Numbered from the whole stretch's first letter, positions 11,711 through 25,995 are shown. The stretch: 62,940 nt of DNA, filler included, from Octopus bimaculoides (GCF_001194135.2; 6 parts of 6 records of this genome joined end to end with filler, not necessarily neighbours in it), one strand, 5' to 3'. Translations and numbers: made by a program. Notes: generated from the sequence alone by a model not told the origin.

Positions 11711-12876
11711 ATACATATACATACATAGATATATACATATATATATATATATACATACATGGTACCGCATGTATATATATATATAAAATAGTATATATAT
11801 ATATCATCATCATCATCATCATTGTTGTTTAATGTCCGCTTTCCATGCTAGCATGGGTTGGAGGATTTGACTGAGGACTGGCAAGCCAGAAGGCTGCACT
11901 AGGCTCCAGTCTGATCTGACAGAGTTTCTACAGCTGGATGCCCTTCCTAACGCCAGCTACTCCGAGAGTGTAGTGGGTGCTTTTACATGCCACCGGCACG
12001 AGGGCCAGTCATGTGGTACTGGCAACGGCCTCGCTCAAAAGGTGTTTTTTACATGCCACCTGCACAGGAGCCAGTCCAGTGGCACTGGCAACGACCTTGC
12101 TCGAATGATTTTCTAACATGCCATCAGCACAAGTGCTAGAAGGCGATGCTTGTGACGATTACGCTCAAATGGTGCTATTTTTTTGAGCATATATATATAT
12201 ATATATAAAATAGTAAATCCGAAAAAAACAAAGAACAAAAACAACAAGGAAAAAACAACAATGTGAGGATATGGTACATGCAAAGTATTAGCAGATGCTC
12301 AGGGAAGGAAAAAAAGGTAGTTTTTATGTTTTAAGCAAGGTTCTTCATGAGAAGCAGGAGACAGAAGAAGGTACAAGAGAAAAGGAAGATGGAGGGAAAA
12401 ATATCACCAATGATTCACATATGGTTACATATGTGTGTGTATCATCATCGTTTAACATCCACTTTCCAAGCTAGCATGGGTTGGATGGTTTGACTGAGGG
12501 CTGGTGAGTCAGACAGCTGCACCAGACTCCAATCTGATCTGGCAAAGTTTCTACAGCTGGATGCCAACAACTCTGAGTGTAGTGGCTGCTTTTACGTGCC
12601 ATCAGCACAAGGGCCAGTCAGGTGATAATGGCATTGGCCAAGCTCAAATGGTGTATTTTACATGTCACCTGCACAGTTTTACATGCCACCGTGTGTCTTT
12701 GCGTCTGTTTGTCCCTCCGCTATTGCTTGACAACCAATATTGGTGTGTTTATGTCCCTGTAACATAGCAGTTCAACAAAAGAGACCAATAAAATAAGTAC
12801 TAGGCTTACAAAGAGTAAGTCCTTTAAGGCGGTGTTCCAGCTTGGCCACAGTCAAATGACTGAAACAAGTAAAAGA

Positions 12877-12910
<34 letters not shown>

Positions 12911-12920
12911 ATACATACAT

Positions 12921-12977
<57 letters not shown>

Positions 12978-14010
12978 TACACCCCCTTTAGAAAATTTTA
13001 AACTAGTCATATCCAGTTCAAATATTCCACCTGTTTTATGCTCAAACCAGCTAGATTCACCTTCTCACACCTATCCTACAATGTCATACTAAAACTAAAC
13101 AGTCACATCATTGAAATCTCAAAGCTATGAGATAATGTTTAATTAATTCAAGACGAGGATTCCAGTTGATCCGATCAAAAGAACAACTGGCTCATGAAAC
13201 TAACGCGCAAATGGCTGAGTACTCCACAGACATGTATACCCTTAACGTAGTTCTCCAGGAGATTCAGCATGACACAGAATGTGACAAGGTTGGCCCCTTG
13301 AAATACAGGTAATACATGTAAATAGAGAATGGGTTGGTCACAGATAGAACCCTAGAGATGTTAAGTCAACTGGTCATTGCAGACCAAGGGCTAAATGAAT
13401 ACAACACATGTTTAACAACCAATTTCTGCCTATGTGGCCCTTGTCAGCTCGAGTGAGGTTAGAACTATACTTGCTCTCTCTCTCTCTCAGACTTTATATC
13501 TCTCTCTCTCACTTTCTCTCTCTCCTCCTTTCTCTATCACTTTCTCTCTCTCTCTCATTTTTTCACTCTCACTTTCTCTTACTTTCTTTCTCATTTTCTC
13601 ACTCTCACTTTCTCTGTCTCTCTCTCTCCTACTCTCTTTCTTTCACTCACTTTCTCTGTCAGAGAGACAGAATGCACACACACACACATGCACACACACA
13701 CACATGCACACACACACACTTGCACACAACATGCATGCACACATACATGCACATGCACACACACATGCACATGCGCACACACACTTGCACACTTAGTCTC
13801 CATCACGCTGCATATCAAAGTTATTAAACATGATCTGTGATTTAAGCAAATAGCTCCTTCCGTAATCCCTAGCCACAGGAATTCTCATTTTGGATAACCC
13901 AGAATAATGTGCATTTATAAAACTATTGTCTTATGACATCATGGAAGACAGGAACACTTAGTGAGAGACAGAAAGAATGGATTTAGTCAGGGAAACCCAC
14001 TTGAAACAAT

Positions 14011-14440
14011 AGGCAGAAGTTCACTTCCCAACCAACTGGTTCCAGGTTCAGTCTCACTACATGACACCTTAGGTAAAGTGTCTTCTACTATAGAATTGGG
14101 TCAACCAAAACCCTGTGAGTGGATTTGAAAGATGGAAACTGAAAAAAGCCTGTCGTACATTTGTGTGTGTGTGTGCATGTGTTTGTATTTCTTTCCTCAC
14201 ACCCACTCCTTAAACAACCGGTGTTGGTTTGTATACATCCCTACCCACTCCTTAAACAACCGGTGTTGGTTTGTATACATCCCTAAGTGGTTCAGCAAAA
14301 GAAACTGACAGAATAAACACCTGAGCTGAAGAAATATGTACTGAAGTTGATATTTTTCTTTTTTTTTTTTTGTTAATGAACCCACCAAAACAATGCCCTA
14401 GCATGGCCACAGTGCAATGAGTTGAACGAAGTAAAAGAAT
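14011..14440 (+). mobile_element. Family A/B SINE, near full length, with internal 43-bp tandem duplication
   Basis: Head/core 14011-14160, (GT)n, tail to ...GAAGTAAAAGAAT; duplication of ACCCACTCCTTAAACAACCGGTGTTGGTTTGTATACATCCCT at about 14200-14285. Confidence 0.75.
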
Positions 14441-14782
14441 TAAAAAAAAACAGAATAAAAGAACAGAATAAAAAGAACAGAATAAAAAGAACAGAATAAA
14501 AAAAACAGAATAAAAGGATGGAATAAAAAGAACAGAATAAAAAAAACAGAATAAAAGGATGGAATAAAAGAACAGAATAAAAGGATGGAATAAAAGTACA
14601 GAATAAAAGAACAGAATAAAAAGAACAGAATAAAAAAAACAGAATAAAAGGATGGAATAAAAAAAACAGAATAAAAGAACAGAATAAAAAGAACAGAATA
14701 AAAAAAACAGAATAAAAGGATGGAATAAAAGAACAGAATAAAAGAATGGAATAAAAGTACAGAATAAAAGAATGGAATAAAA
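14441..14782 (+). repeat. Minisatellite of 12-15 bp units (CAGAATAAAAGAA / GGATGGAATAAAA) continuous with the SINE 3' tail
   Basis: Direct reading; starts immediately after the SINE tail TAAAAGAAT. Confidence 0.9.
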
Positions 14783-15306
14783 TAACTTATCAATGAAAAC
14801 ATAATGGATAATGTTTTAAATGTTATGTTCTTAAGATAGATTTAGTGAATTCTTAATAATGTAATTAAGGCAGATGCATGAATACCAGACACCAAATACC
14901 AGACACCAAATACACCTTCCCGATTAAATACAGATGCAGATATATCTGATAGGGAAGTTGTGGTTGCAGATTAATTAGTACAGGATATTATTAGAAAAGA
15001 CCATGTAAATTCTAGTTAAGTACAAGTATACGAAAAAGATGATATTACATATAAGCGGATGAACCATTCCTACTTATGAACAGACTCTGCTTCATATGGT
15101 TATAAGGAAAGCGAGACAGACAAAACCAGAGGGAAAGGAGGAGATTTGGGTTTCAGAGGAGTTCAACGAGTACAAACATTTAAGCATTGCATTTGGAGGT
15201 GGGGAGGGGTGAACCTTTCGATACTTGATCTGTTTGATCATAGGTCTGCTCAATCTGGACTGACCTAGTGCTAAACAACTACATCTGCAACAACCTTCAC
15301 CCATCA

Positions 15307-15341
<35 letters not shown>

Positions 15342-15869
15342 NNNNNNNNNNNNNNNNNNNNNNNNNNNNNNNNNNNNNNNNNNNNNNNNNNNNNNNNNNN
15401 NNNNNNNNNNNNNNNNNNNNNNNNNNNNNNNNNNNNNNNNNNNNNNNNNNNNNNNNNNNNNNNNNNNNNNNNNNNNNNNNNNNNNNNNNNNNNNNNNNNN
15501 NNNNNNNNNNNNNNNNNNNNNNNNNNNNNNNNNNNNNNNNNNNNNNNNNNNNNNNNNNNNNNNNNNNNNNNNNNNNNNNNNNNNNNNNNNNNNNNNNNNN
15601 NNNNNNNNNNNNNNNNNNNNNNNNNNNNNNNNNNNNNNNNNNNNNNNNNNNNNNNNNNNNNNNNNNNNNNNNNNNNNNNNNNNNNNNNNNNNNNNNNNNN
15701 NNNNNNNNNNNNNNNNNNNNNNNNNNNNNNNNNNNNNNNNNNNNNNNNNNNNNNNNNNNNNNNNNNNNNNNNNNNNNNNNNNNNNNNNNNNNNNNNNNNN
15801 NNNNNNNNNNNNNNNNNNNNNNNNNNNNNNNNNNNNNNNNNNNNNNNTGTATATGTATATATATGCAGG

Positions 15870-16180
15870 CAATATCTGCAACGTTCAATTGCATGATATC
15901 AAATGTCAAAGTCATAGGAAAATGTGATATCTCCAATATCAAAAGCATGCTGCTGAGAATTCAGTGCAGATGGATAGGACATGTCTGAACAAAAAATGAC
16001 TGCATTCTGAAAATTTGTTTGTATGGCTAACAAGTAGTAGAGGGATACCATGGTAAAGGAAGACCCATCCTTAGATGTAAGGATAAATTGAAGGAATCAC
16101 TAAAGTCTCTACAGCTCAGGAAAGCCATTGCCTAGATTGATCTTCATGGCGGAAAATGTGTCATGATGCTTCAAAAGAAT
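15870..16180 (+). pseudogene. RTE-clade LINE ORF2 C-terminal fragment
   Basis: Translates ...ISNIKSMLLRIQCRWIGHV*...LKICLYG*...GKGRPILRCKDKLKESLK, matching the RTE signature LRWxGHVxRM...PKxxLYG...GRPxxRxKDxLK; contains stops. Confidence 0.75.
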
Positions 16181-19100
16181 TTGGTTGGACATATTTGCCC
16201 AATCCCAGGAAAATCAGAATCATCATTGTTCCCATTGTGCCTTCATAGCAAAATTCATAGCTGGATTAAAATTACATTCACACATCCATCAAAAATAGAT
16301 GAAGCTTACTTTTATTTCTAAAACTGCCTTTTTCCTTTTTTTCTCTCTTTTCTTTTTTCTATTTAAATCCTCTCCTTCAAACGCTCATACATTGAAATTG
16401 ATGGGAGCGACCATCATACACATTTATATATCCTCATTTCCGAGGTGGTAAGAGGCGGACGGTTTTACGAGAGCCAAAGAGCCAGAGGGCTGTGCCAAGC
16501 TCCATTGTTTGTACATGGTTGCTACAGCTTGATGCCCTTCCTAATACACCTTTAACAGGATGTATTAGGTGCTATTTTTATAGCACCAGCACCAGTGAGG
16601 TCATCAAATACTCACAAGACAAGACAAGACTCCACTCCTCAACTGAGTGAAGCATAGTATTGAAGGATGTAAAAGTATGATAGAGGTGTCTTGCTGAAGG
16701 GGTGAATGTATAGCTACCCCAGCTGGAAAGAGAGAGAGAGAGAGAGAGAGACAGAGGAAGGGAGAGACAGACAGACAGACAGACAGAGACAGAGACAGAG
16801 AGAGACAGACAGACAGAAATGGTGAGAACATACCCTCAAGGTAGAAGGTGAATATGGGAGGGAAAATATAAGGATAGGGGAACAGAAAAAGTAGTTGGGT
16901 TGGGTGCCCTAGAGTGAAAAGAGTGTGATGGGGAATGAAGTAGTTGCAATGAGTATCAGTTTGGGGGAGGAGAAGTGCAGGGAATAAAGAGTGGGTTCAG
17001 GGAAGAGGGGAAGTGGAGGAAGAGAAAGAGGAGGTGGAAGAGGAGAAAGAGAAGAAAGAAGACAAGGAAGAGCAGGTGGAGAAAGAGGGGAAGAAGAGAA
17101 GAAATAGGAGGAGGAAGAAGAGAAAGGAGAGGAGGAAGAAGAGAAAGGAGAGTACTTCACAGTCATGCATGACCTTAACATAGTTCTCAGGGAGATTCAG
17201 GACAACACAGAATGTGATGAGTTTGATTGCTTGAGAGGTTTCCAGTTGATCTAATCAACAGAGCAGCCTACTCATGGAATTAGCATGCAAGTGATTGAGT
17301 GCTCCACAGATACATGTACCCCTTAACGTAGTTCTCAGGGAGATTCAGCATGTTACAAGGCAGGGCCCTTTGAAATACAGGTACAACTCATTTTTGCCAG
17401 TTGAGTGGACTGGAGCAACATGAAATAAAGTGCCTTGTTCACGGACACAATGTACCCCTGAGAATCGAACTCACAACCTTACAATTATGAGCTGAATACC
17501 CCTAACCATTAAGCCATGCACCTTTATTCAGTCATTAGTTCTGGCACTCTGTTAGTTACAACAATGAGGGTTCCAGCTGATCCAATCAACAAAACAGCCT
17601 GCTCATGGAATTAACATGCAAGTGGCTGAGTACTCCACAGACATGTGTAACCTTCATGTAGTTTTCAGGGAGATTCAGCTGTGTGACAAGGCTGGCCCTT
17701 TTGAATTACAGGTACAACTCATTTTTGCCAGCTGAATGGACTGGACCAATGTGAAATAAAGTGTCTTGCTCAGGGACACAAGACACAAGACACAACACAT
17801 CACTGGGAATTGAACTCACGACCTTACGACCTTGAGCTAAATACCCTCTTTTACTTGTTTCAGTCATTTGACTGCGGCCATGCTGGAGCACCGCCTTTAG
17901 TCGAGCAATTCGACCCCAGGACTTATTCTTTGTAAGCCTAGTACTTATTCTATCAGTCTCTTTTGCCGAACCGCTAAGTTACGGGGGATGTAAACACACC
18001 AGCATCGGTTGTGAAGCGATGTTGGGGGGGGGGGACAAACACAGACACACAAACACACACACACACACACACACANNNNNNNNNNNNNNNNNNNNNNNNN
18101 NNNNNNNNNNNNNNNNNNNNNNNNNNNNNNNNNNNNNNNNNNNNNNNNNNNNNNNNNNNNNNNNNNNNNNNNNNNNNNNNNNNNNNNNNNNNNNNNNNNN
18201 NNNNNNNNNNNNNNNNNNNNNNNNNNNNNNNNNNNNNNNNNNNNNNNNNNNNNNNNNNNNNNNNNNNNNNNNNNNNNNNNNNNNNNNNNNNNNNNNNNNN
18301 NNNNNNNNNNNNNNNNNNNNNNNNNNNNNNNNNNNNNNNNNNNNNNNNNNNNNNNNNNNNNNNNNNNNNNNNNNNNNNNNNNNNNNNNNNNNNNNNNNNN
18401 NNNNNNNNNNNNNNNNNNNNNNNNNNNNNNNNNNNNNNNNNNNNNNNNNNNNNNNNNNNNNNNNNNNNNNNNNNNNNNNNNNNNNNNNNNNNNNNNNNNN
18501 NNNNNNNNNNNNNNNNNNNNNNNNNNNNNNNNNNNNNNNNNNNNNNNNNNNNNNNNNNNNNNNNNNNNNNNNNNNNNNNNNNNNNNNNNNNNNNNNNNNN
18601 NNNNNNNNNNNNNNNNNNNNNNNNNNNNNNNNNNNNNNNNNNNNNNNNNNNNNNNNNNNNNNNNNNNNNNNNNNNNNNNNNNNNNNNNNNNNNNNNNNNN
18701 NNNNNNNNNNNNNNNNNNNNNNNNNNNNNNNNNNNNNCCATCTTCAAATGTGATATTAGTTTTGTAAGGGGTGTGAAAATTAATCAAACGTTTTTTAAGT
18801 TGTGTGGGGCATAAAAGTGTTGGGGGAGAAAATTATTGACATAGACAACGATGTGTCTACGTGCTCAGTGCTCAGTTAAGATGCTAGAAATGACAGCTAA
18901 ATCTCTCTTAGATTACACCCTTACTGACTTTAACAAGAAAACAAAAAGTGGACTACGTGATTTTAAATATAAACTACACTTTGTCTGGAGAGTAGATAAC
19001 AAGGTCACAGCTATGAAACCACGGCTGACCTGGGGCTAAAGAAACACAACCTGATACGTGTATGCCACGTACGTTAATTTGTTTCTATATTGATACAATA

Positions 19101-21773
19101 CTATGTTGTAGTGGTGGCCATTTAATTGGATTCCATAGATGATGTTCTTGAGGTGGCACTGGTAGTGGTGGTGGCGATAGTAGTAGTAGTAGTGGTGGTG
19201 GTGGCGATAGTAGTAGTAGTAGTAGTGGTGGTGGTGGTGGTGGTTTGATGGGGGTAGGGTGATGGTGGTTGTGATGGTGGTGGTGGTGGTGGAAGTGATA
19301 GGTGGTGGTGGTGGTGTTGGTTTGATGGGGGTAGGGTGATGGTGGTTGTGATGGTGGTGGTGGTGGTGNNNNNNNNNNNNNNNNNNNNNNNNNNNNNNNN
19401 NNNNNNNNNNNNTTAATTAATTAANNNNNNNNNNNNNNNNNNNNNNNNNNNNNNNNNNNNNNNNNNNNTATACAAGTAGGAAGGAAGAATACAAAAAAAC
19501 AGTTACAATAATATGTCCCTCTACTGAAATGAAATTTCAGTAAATTTTCTGTATCTTTGTGCAGCTGAAGATTGCTCTGCATTTTACATTTAATGTAATA
19601 CTCACATAGCTTAAATAAATGGAGTTGCATGAAACGATCGTACTGCATTAAACTTTAATATCCTTGTTGCTTATTTTGATTTTTAATCACCTTATTTTGG
19701 AATTATTTAGATAATATTCACCTTGAATCTAAATCTATATATATATATATATATATACATGTGTGTGTGTCTGTGTATGAAGGTATATGGTTAGGGGCTA
19801 GGGTATTTAGCTCATTATTATAAGGTCATGAGTTCAATTCCCAGCTGCATGTTATGTCCTTGAGGGAAAGAGAGATAGAAGAGAGAGAGAAAGAGAGATA
19901 GAAGAGAGAGAGAAAGAGAGATAGAAGAGAGAGAGAAAGAGAGATAGAAGAGAGAGAGTTAGGAGAGCAATAGAGAGTGATAGAAGAGAGAGAGAGAGAG
20001 GGAGTCGTAGAAGAGAGAGGGAGGGAGTGATAGAAGAAAGAATGATGGAAAAAGAGAATGAGAAAGAGATATTTAATATATGGCCACTTGTACGATGGTG
20101 ACCTTAAACAGANNNNNNNNNNATATATATATATATTGGAAATACATCGTGTATATCTATATATAAGATGATGGACTTTCCCATCATTAGACAACACATG
20201 AGGGTTCAACAATTTCTTACCAAACAACCAGGCAGATGATTTCTTTATAGTGATCAGATGTTTGTGTAGACATAAGCTCTCTCCCTCCATTCAATTGACA
20301 TCACCTGTAGAGGTGCAACGGGTGCCCACATGGCAGATGTTGAAATGATCACAAAGCAATGTGAAATGGAGTGCTTTGCTCAAGAAAACAATGCAATGCC
20401 CGGTCTGAGAATTGAGCCCACGATCTCGCAATCCCGAGTGCAAAACCTTAACCACTAAACCATGCATGTGTGTGTATGCGTGTGTGTATATATACATATA
20501 TATCTATAAATAAATACATATACATATATATACAGGAGGATCAGTTAATTATGATTTTATGCAACATATTCCCCTCTTAGATTCGCACACTTATGGCAGT
20601 GGTCCTTCAGTTTTGCTAAGCCCTGTAAAATAACTCGGAAGGTTGGGTCTCCAATTAGGCCTTTCGTGATAATCTTTTCAGCACTCCCTCAAACATACTA
20701 CATTTATGAATGTATGTATAAGTGCAGACATGGCTGTGTGGTAAGAAGTTTGCTTCCCAGCTACATGGTTCCAGGTTCAATCCTACTGTGTGTAACCTTG
20801 GTGAGTGTCTTCTACCATGGTTTCAGACAAACCAAAGCCTTGTGAGTGAATTTGATAGACAGAAACTTAAAGAAGCTCATCAAATAAAAATATATATACA
20901 TACACACACACACACAAACACACACATGCACCTGTATACATATGTACTTGCATGTATATATGTGTGTGTGTGTGTACATGTGTGTGTATATGTGTGTATT
21001 TGTGCACCTGTGTGTAAGTGTGTTAATGGGCATATATATATATATATGTATGTATGTAAGTTATCATTTGATGTACATGGAAAGTACTGGTGAACTGTTA
21101 CTACTATAAGTTGGAATGCTTGTAAAAGAGAGGTGAGGGGTTCAAGTTAAAGTCCAAGACAACCAGAAACAAATGTCACACTGCCGCCATCTCATCTCTC
21201 TCTCTCTCCTGTCCTCACCTCAACAGCTGTTTAAATTCTCACCACACACACAAACCGACCATTGAATATTGATTTATAAGATGCTTGTATTTTATTACAG
21301 TATATTTTATATAAATACATTTCTTCTGTTGTTTTGTGGTAGAGAGAAGTGGGGAGTGGGTTCCCCTTCCCTTTTTCTGCTTTCTGTTCAGGTAAATACT
21401 TTTATTTTTGTTTTATTTTATTACCAAGATAATTAAAAAAGGTATCACAGGAAAATGTCCAGTAAAACAAACACAGGACTTGAAGGGTGGTGGTGGTGGT
21501 GGTGGTGGCAATGGTGGTAATGATGATAAACTAAATGCCTTAAATGTAAAAGATAGGAAACATGAAATAAAATCAAAAATCTATTACCAAATGAAATTAC
21601 TACTGACACTACTACTACTACTACTCATGATAATAATAATATAATAATTGAAGAAGAAGAAGAAGAAGAAGAAGAAGAAGAAGAAGAAGAAGAAGAAGAA
21701 GGTACTAGTAATAACAATAATGATAATAATGCAATATTCAATTTATTTTTTTTTTAAATATATATATACATAC

Positions 21774-21834
<61 letters not shown>

Positions 21835-21859
21835 TANNNNNNNNNNNNNNNNNNNNNNN

Positions 21860-21891
<32 letters not shown>

Positions 21892-23464
21892 TACACATAT
21901 ACACACATATATATATTATTACATTTGTGGTGTTTGTATATGCAGGTGTGGTGAAGTCTGACTGATCTCAGTTGAAAGTATTTTTTGATGTTTAATTCTA
22001 TAAAGTTTTATCAATTGAGGACTTCCTCTTACCTGTCCTGTGTTGGACAGGTGACAAATACTGCAGGTGCTTTATTAATCAACTAAATCTCTTAGAAAAA
22101 TCTGACAGAGTGGAAAATAAAAGTGTTCTCTAAATCTCTACTACTACTACTACTACTACCACTACCATCATCGTCACTACCACCACCACTGCGACCACTA
22201 CTATTACTAGTCTGTGTAACAGAAGAATGGGTTGTAAGTGTGTATAACTGCACATATATAGGTGTAGGCATGGCTGTTTGGTAAGAAGCTTGCTTACCAG
22301 CCACATGGTTCCAGGTTCAGTCCCACTGCGTGACACCTTGGGCAAGTGTCTTCTACTATAGCCTCAGGGCGACCAAAGACTTGTAATTGGATATGGCACA
22401 TGAAAACTGAAAGGAGCTCATCATATATATATATATATAAAATGATAATAATAATAATAATAAGTAATAACAAAAGAATNNNNNNNNNNNNNNNNNNNNN
22501 NNNNNNNNNNNNNNNNNNNNNNNNNNNNNNNNNNNNNNNNNNNNNNNNNNNNNNNNNNNNNNNNNNNNNNNNNNNNNNNNNNNNNNNNNNNNNNNNNNNN
22601 NNNNNNNNNNNNNNNNNNNNNNNNNNNNNNNNNNNNNNNNNNNNNNNNNNNNNNNNNNNNNNNNNNNNNNNNNNNNNNNNNNNNNNNNNNNNNNNNNNNN
22701 NNNNNNNNNNNNNNNNNNNNNNNNNNNNNNNNNNNNNNNNNNNNNNNNNNNNNNNNNNNNNNNNNNNNNNNNNNNNNNNNNNNNNNNNNNNNNNNNNNNN
22801 NNNNNNNNNNNNNNNNNNNNNNNNNNNNNNNNNNNNNNNNNNNNNNNNNNNNNNNNNNNNNNNNNNNNNNNNNNNNNNNNNNNNNNNNNNNNNNNNNNNN
22901 NNNNNNNNNNNNNNNNNNNNNNNNNNNNNNNNNNNNNNNNNNNNNNNNNNNNNNNNNNNNNNNNNNNNNNNNNNNNNNNNNNNNNNNNNNNNNNNNNNNN
23001 NNNNNNNNNNNNNNNNNNNNNNNNNNNNNNNNNNNNNNNNNNNNNNNNNNNNNNNNNNNNNNNNNNNNNNNNNNNNNNNNNNNNNNNNNNNNNNNNNNNN
23101 NNNNNNNNNNNNNNNNNNNNNNNNNNNNNNNNNNNNNNNNNNNNNNNNNNNNNNNNNNNNNNNNNNNNNNNNNNNNNNNNNNNNNNNNNNNNNNNNNNNN
23201 NNNNNNNNNNNNNNNNNNNNNNNNNNNNNNNNNNNNNNNNNNNNNNNNNNNNNNNNNNNNNNNNNNNNNNNNNNNNNNNNNNNNNNNNNNNNNNNNNNNN
23301 NNNNNNNNNNNNNNNNNNNNNNNNNNNNNNNNNNNNNNNNNNNNNNNNNNNNNNNNNNNNNNNNNNNNNNNNNNNNNNNNNNNNNNNNNNNNNNNNNNNN
23401 NNNNNNNNNNNNNNNNNNNNNNNNNNNNNNNNNNNNNNNNNNNNNNNNNNNNNNNNNNNNNNNN

Positions 23465-23517
<53 letters not shown>

Positions 23518-24231
23518 AAGTGAGAGAGAGAGAGAGAGATTCTGGATATTAGGGTCTGAAGAATTGCCATAAAACTAAGTGTTTTATAGACATTAAACCC
23601 AGGGTAACTACACGCACACACACACATTCACATATATATATATATATACACATTCACTTACCAATATAACTTACTGATATATACATATACACAAAAATAC
23701 ACACAAATACACATATAAATGATTTATATATGCATACACACATATATATTATCTTAATATACATGTTCTATTTTTCCTGTTTGTACTACTAAACCTACAC
23801 ACATGCAGTCACACACACACACACACACACACATTTACACATATAAATATATATAATTGTCTTCATATAATAAGCTTACACACATACAAAAACATGACCT
23901 CTGTAAAGCATTTTATTGGGAATGAGATACAAAGTTTTCTTTCAGGGGCCCACCTCACCTTCAGAATGTTGACACTTTCTGAGACCCTAGGATTTTATTG
24001 AATGTATCCCCCTGTCAGATTCACACACTTATTGCAGCAGTCCTTCAGTTTTTCTAATCCCTGTAAAAGAACTTGGAAGATTGGGTCTCCACACCACGCC
24101 TTTCGTGATACCCTTGAAACCAGGAACTTTTTAGCACCACTTCATACACAACTGAAAAGATACGTAGATACATAGAAACAATATTTCTATAGAAAGATAT
24201 GAAAAACAAAACAAGAGCAAGTAACTCCTAC

Positions 24232-24719
24232 CTTCTGGAATAAGCTTTGGTGTATCCGCAAGGACCATATCCTGGTTTGGAAGTTCCTGGTTCTCATCTG
24301 AACCAGTCAATGGTAGATTCGGCTTCATGTCCACTGTATCTTCGTTCTCTGGAATAGGACCAACTGGGACGGTTTTATCGGATATCTCACAAGCTGATGT
24401 ATCGGTAGCGTCTAATGACCCCTCAGTTGTGTCGTCATTGCCAACCATGGATGAAGTTGTGACATCGGGACTGGCTGACAAAGAACTACGCTCCATGTTA
24501 AGTGCACTGCTGGCGCTGACAACCAAGGTTCGGTGTGAAGCCATTTTTGTTGGATGATGGTCCAAACCACCATTTGCGAGACCATACATAGTCAACACTT
24601 CATTCATTGTACTTTCAGCATAATCTTTCAACAATACATTTCGACCATTTCTTTTCTGCTGTCTCTGCCGCTGCTGCTGATTATGATGATGCTGGTGTTG
24701 ATGCTGTTGATGATGAGAG

Positions 24720-24757
<38 letters not shown>

Positions 24758-25666
24758 TGGAGGATGGTGATGATCGTGGTCATGATGATGATGTTGATAT
24801 TGTTGTTTCTGCTGCTGCTGATGCTGCTGTTGAGGAGTGGACACAGGTGGCATTATTTGGTTTGCCGGTCCCTTTTGCACTGGTGTTAGGGACCCTGGTG
24901 CAACAGCAGGAATCGACTGACAAGGCACATCAGAACATTGCGATTCGGTGCAAGATGAAAACGACGACGAAGAAGAAGCAGAGGAAGAATTCGAAGAAGA
25001 ATTTTCAAGAATGTTCGTGGACGGAGAATGTCTGTGTTCCATATTGCTGTCTTTGGATTTGTTCACAGTTAAATCTAAGGGCACAAACTCACTGAAACTA
25101 CTACTACTCCTTAAATTAGGATTCCCATCTCTTTTATCACAGGTTTCCGTGCTGGCTGTATGCAAACGACACTCGGTTAATACTGAGTCATCATGTACAA
25201 AATCACTGCTTTCATTGGGAGGTAAAAAACTCTGATCATTACAGTACTCCTGGGTTTGGCTGAAACAAGAGTATTCTTCTTGTAGAGGTGTGCTATAACG
25301 TTCATTCTTCGATTCCTCATCCATTTCTTTGTCATCAGCCCTTAGCCAGTCTTCATTTTCTTCTTCTTTCTCATTCTCCTCCTCTCTGTCAGATATGTCC
25401 TGACCCTCAGAAATTTTCCACAAATGGAATATGTTACAAGGCCTCCTGGATTTCCTTCTTTTGCGTTGAGTACTGCAAGACCAGTGCTGTGTAGTGCAAT
25501 CTTCAGCAGAGTAACTACTCCCATTCCCTGGAGCATTGTTCCTCGGCACATTGTCCAAATTTTTGCCAGCAATGGTTTTACTTGATACAGGAATGGCATT
25601 GCTACAGCTGATCTTAAGTTTGGCACAGATAGCATCGATCCTTCTATAGGCTGAAGAATTGTTCAT
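24232..25666 (-). CDS. SOBP: Sine oculis-binding protein homolog, first coding exon (478 codons + 1 nt; gene continues toward lower coordinates)
   Basis: Long non-repetitive ORF. Motif LLKDYAESTMNEVLTMYG (24581-24628) matches the conserved SOBP N-terminal box (vertebrate EMKNFAENTMNELLGWYG, recalled). ATG in AAAAAC-ATG context with an in-frame TGA 24 nt upstream. Acceptor T-run+ACTTTCAG at 25693-25692; donor GAAG|GTAGGA at 24231-24230. The last 33 aa of the listed ORF are intron read-through. Downstream FCS zinc-finger exons were not found in the window. Confidence 0.75.
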
Positions 25667-25691
25667 GTTTTTAATCTCTGTGTGGTTTCAG

Positions 25692-25712
25692 CTGAAAGTA
25701 AAAAAAAAAAAT
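25692..25712 (-). other. Splice acceptor (polypyrimidine tract + CAG) of the SOBP exon
   Basis: Minus strand reads TTTTTTTTTTTACTTTCAG|CTGAAACC, 25 nt upstream of the ATG, implying an upstream non-coding exon. Confidence 0.7.
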
Positions 25713-25995
25713 TTTTTTAATTATGAAAATATAAATTATGACAAAAATGTACAAAGCTATAAAGAGACACAACAATTTAGAAAGAAAATCATTTCACTCA
25801 GATAGAAATATTTAACCCTTTAGCATTTAAACTGGCCAGATCTGGCTTAAATATTCTTTTTGTTTTGTGTTCAAAAATAGTCAGATCCAGCCTCTCACAC
25901 CTAAACTACAATGTCATTCTAAAAATATGATGAATACATAAATCATGACAAAACATATGAAGATATAAAGAGAGACATTTTTAGATAAAAACATT

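Noticed and set aside
19413-19424. TTAATTAATTAA islands inside gaps (also 43328-43339, 52136-52147, 56964-56975, 59643-59654)
   Set aside because: Each is N44-TTAATTAATTAA-N44, exactly 100 nt, with stops in all six frames: an assembly spacer for unsized gaps, not biology. Adjacency across these joins is uncertain.
24131-24231. C-terminal RSYLLLFCFSY...KWC of the 511-aa ORF
   Set aside because: Follows a good donor site and turns T-rich: intron read-through.
24327-25635. Plus-strand and alternative-frame ORFs over the SOBP exon
   Set aside because: Antisense or shifted shadows of a low-complexity coding exon.
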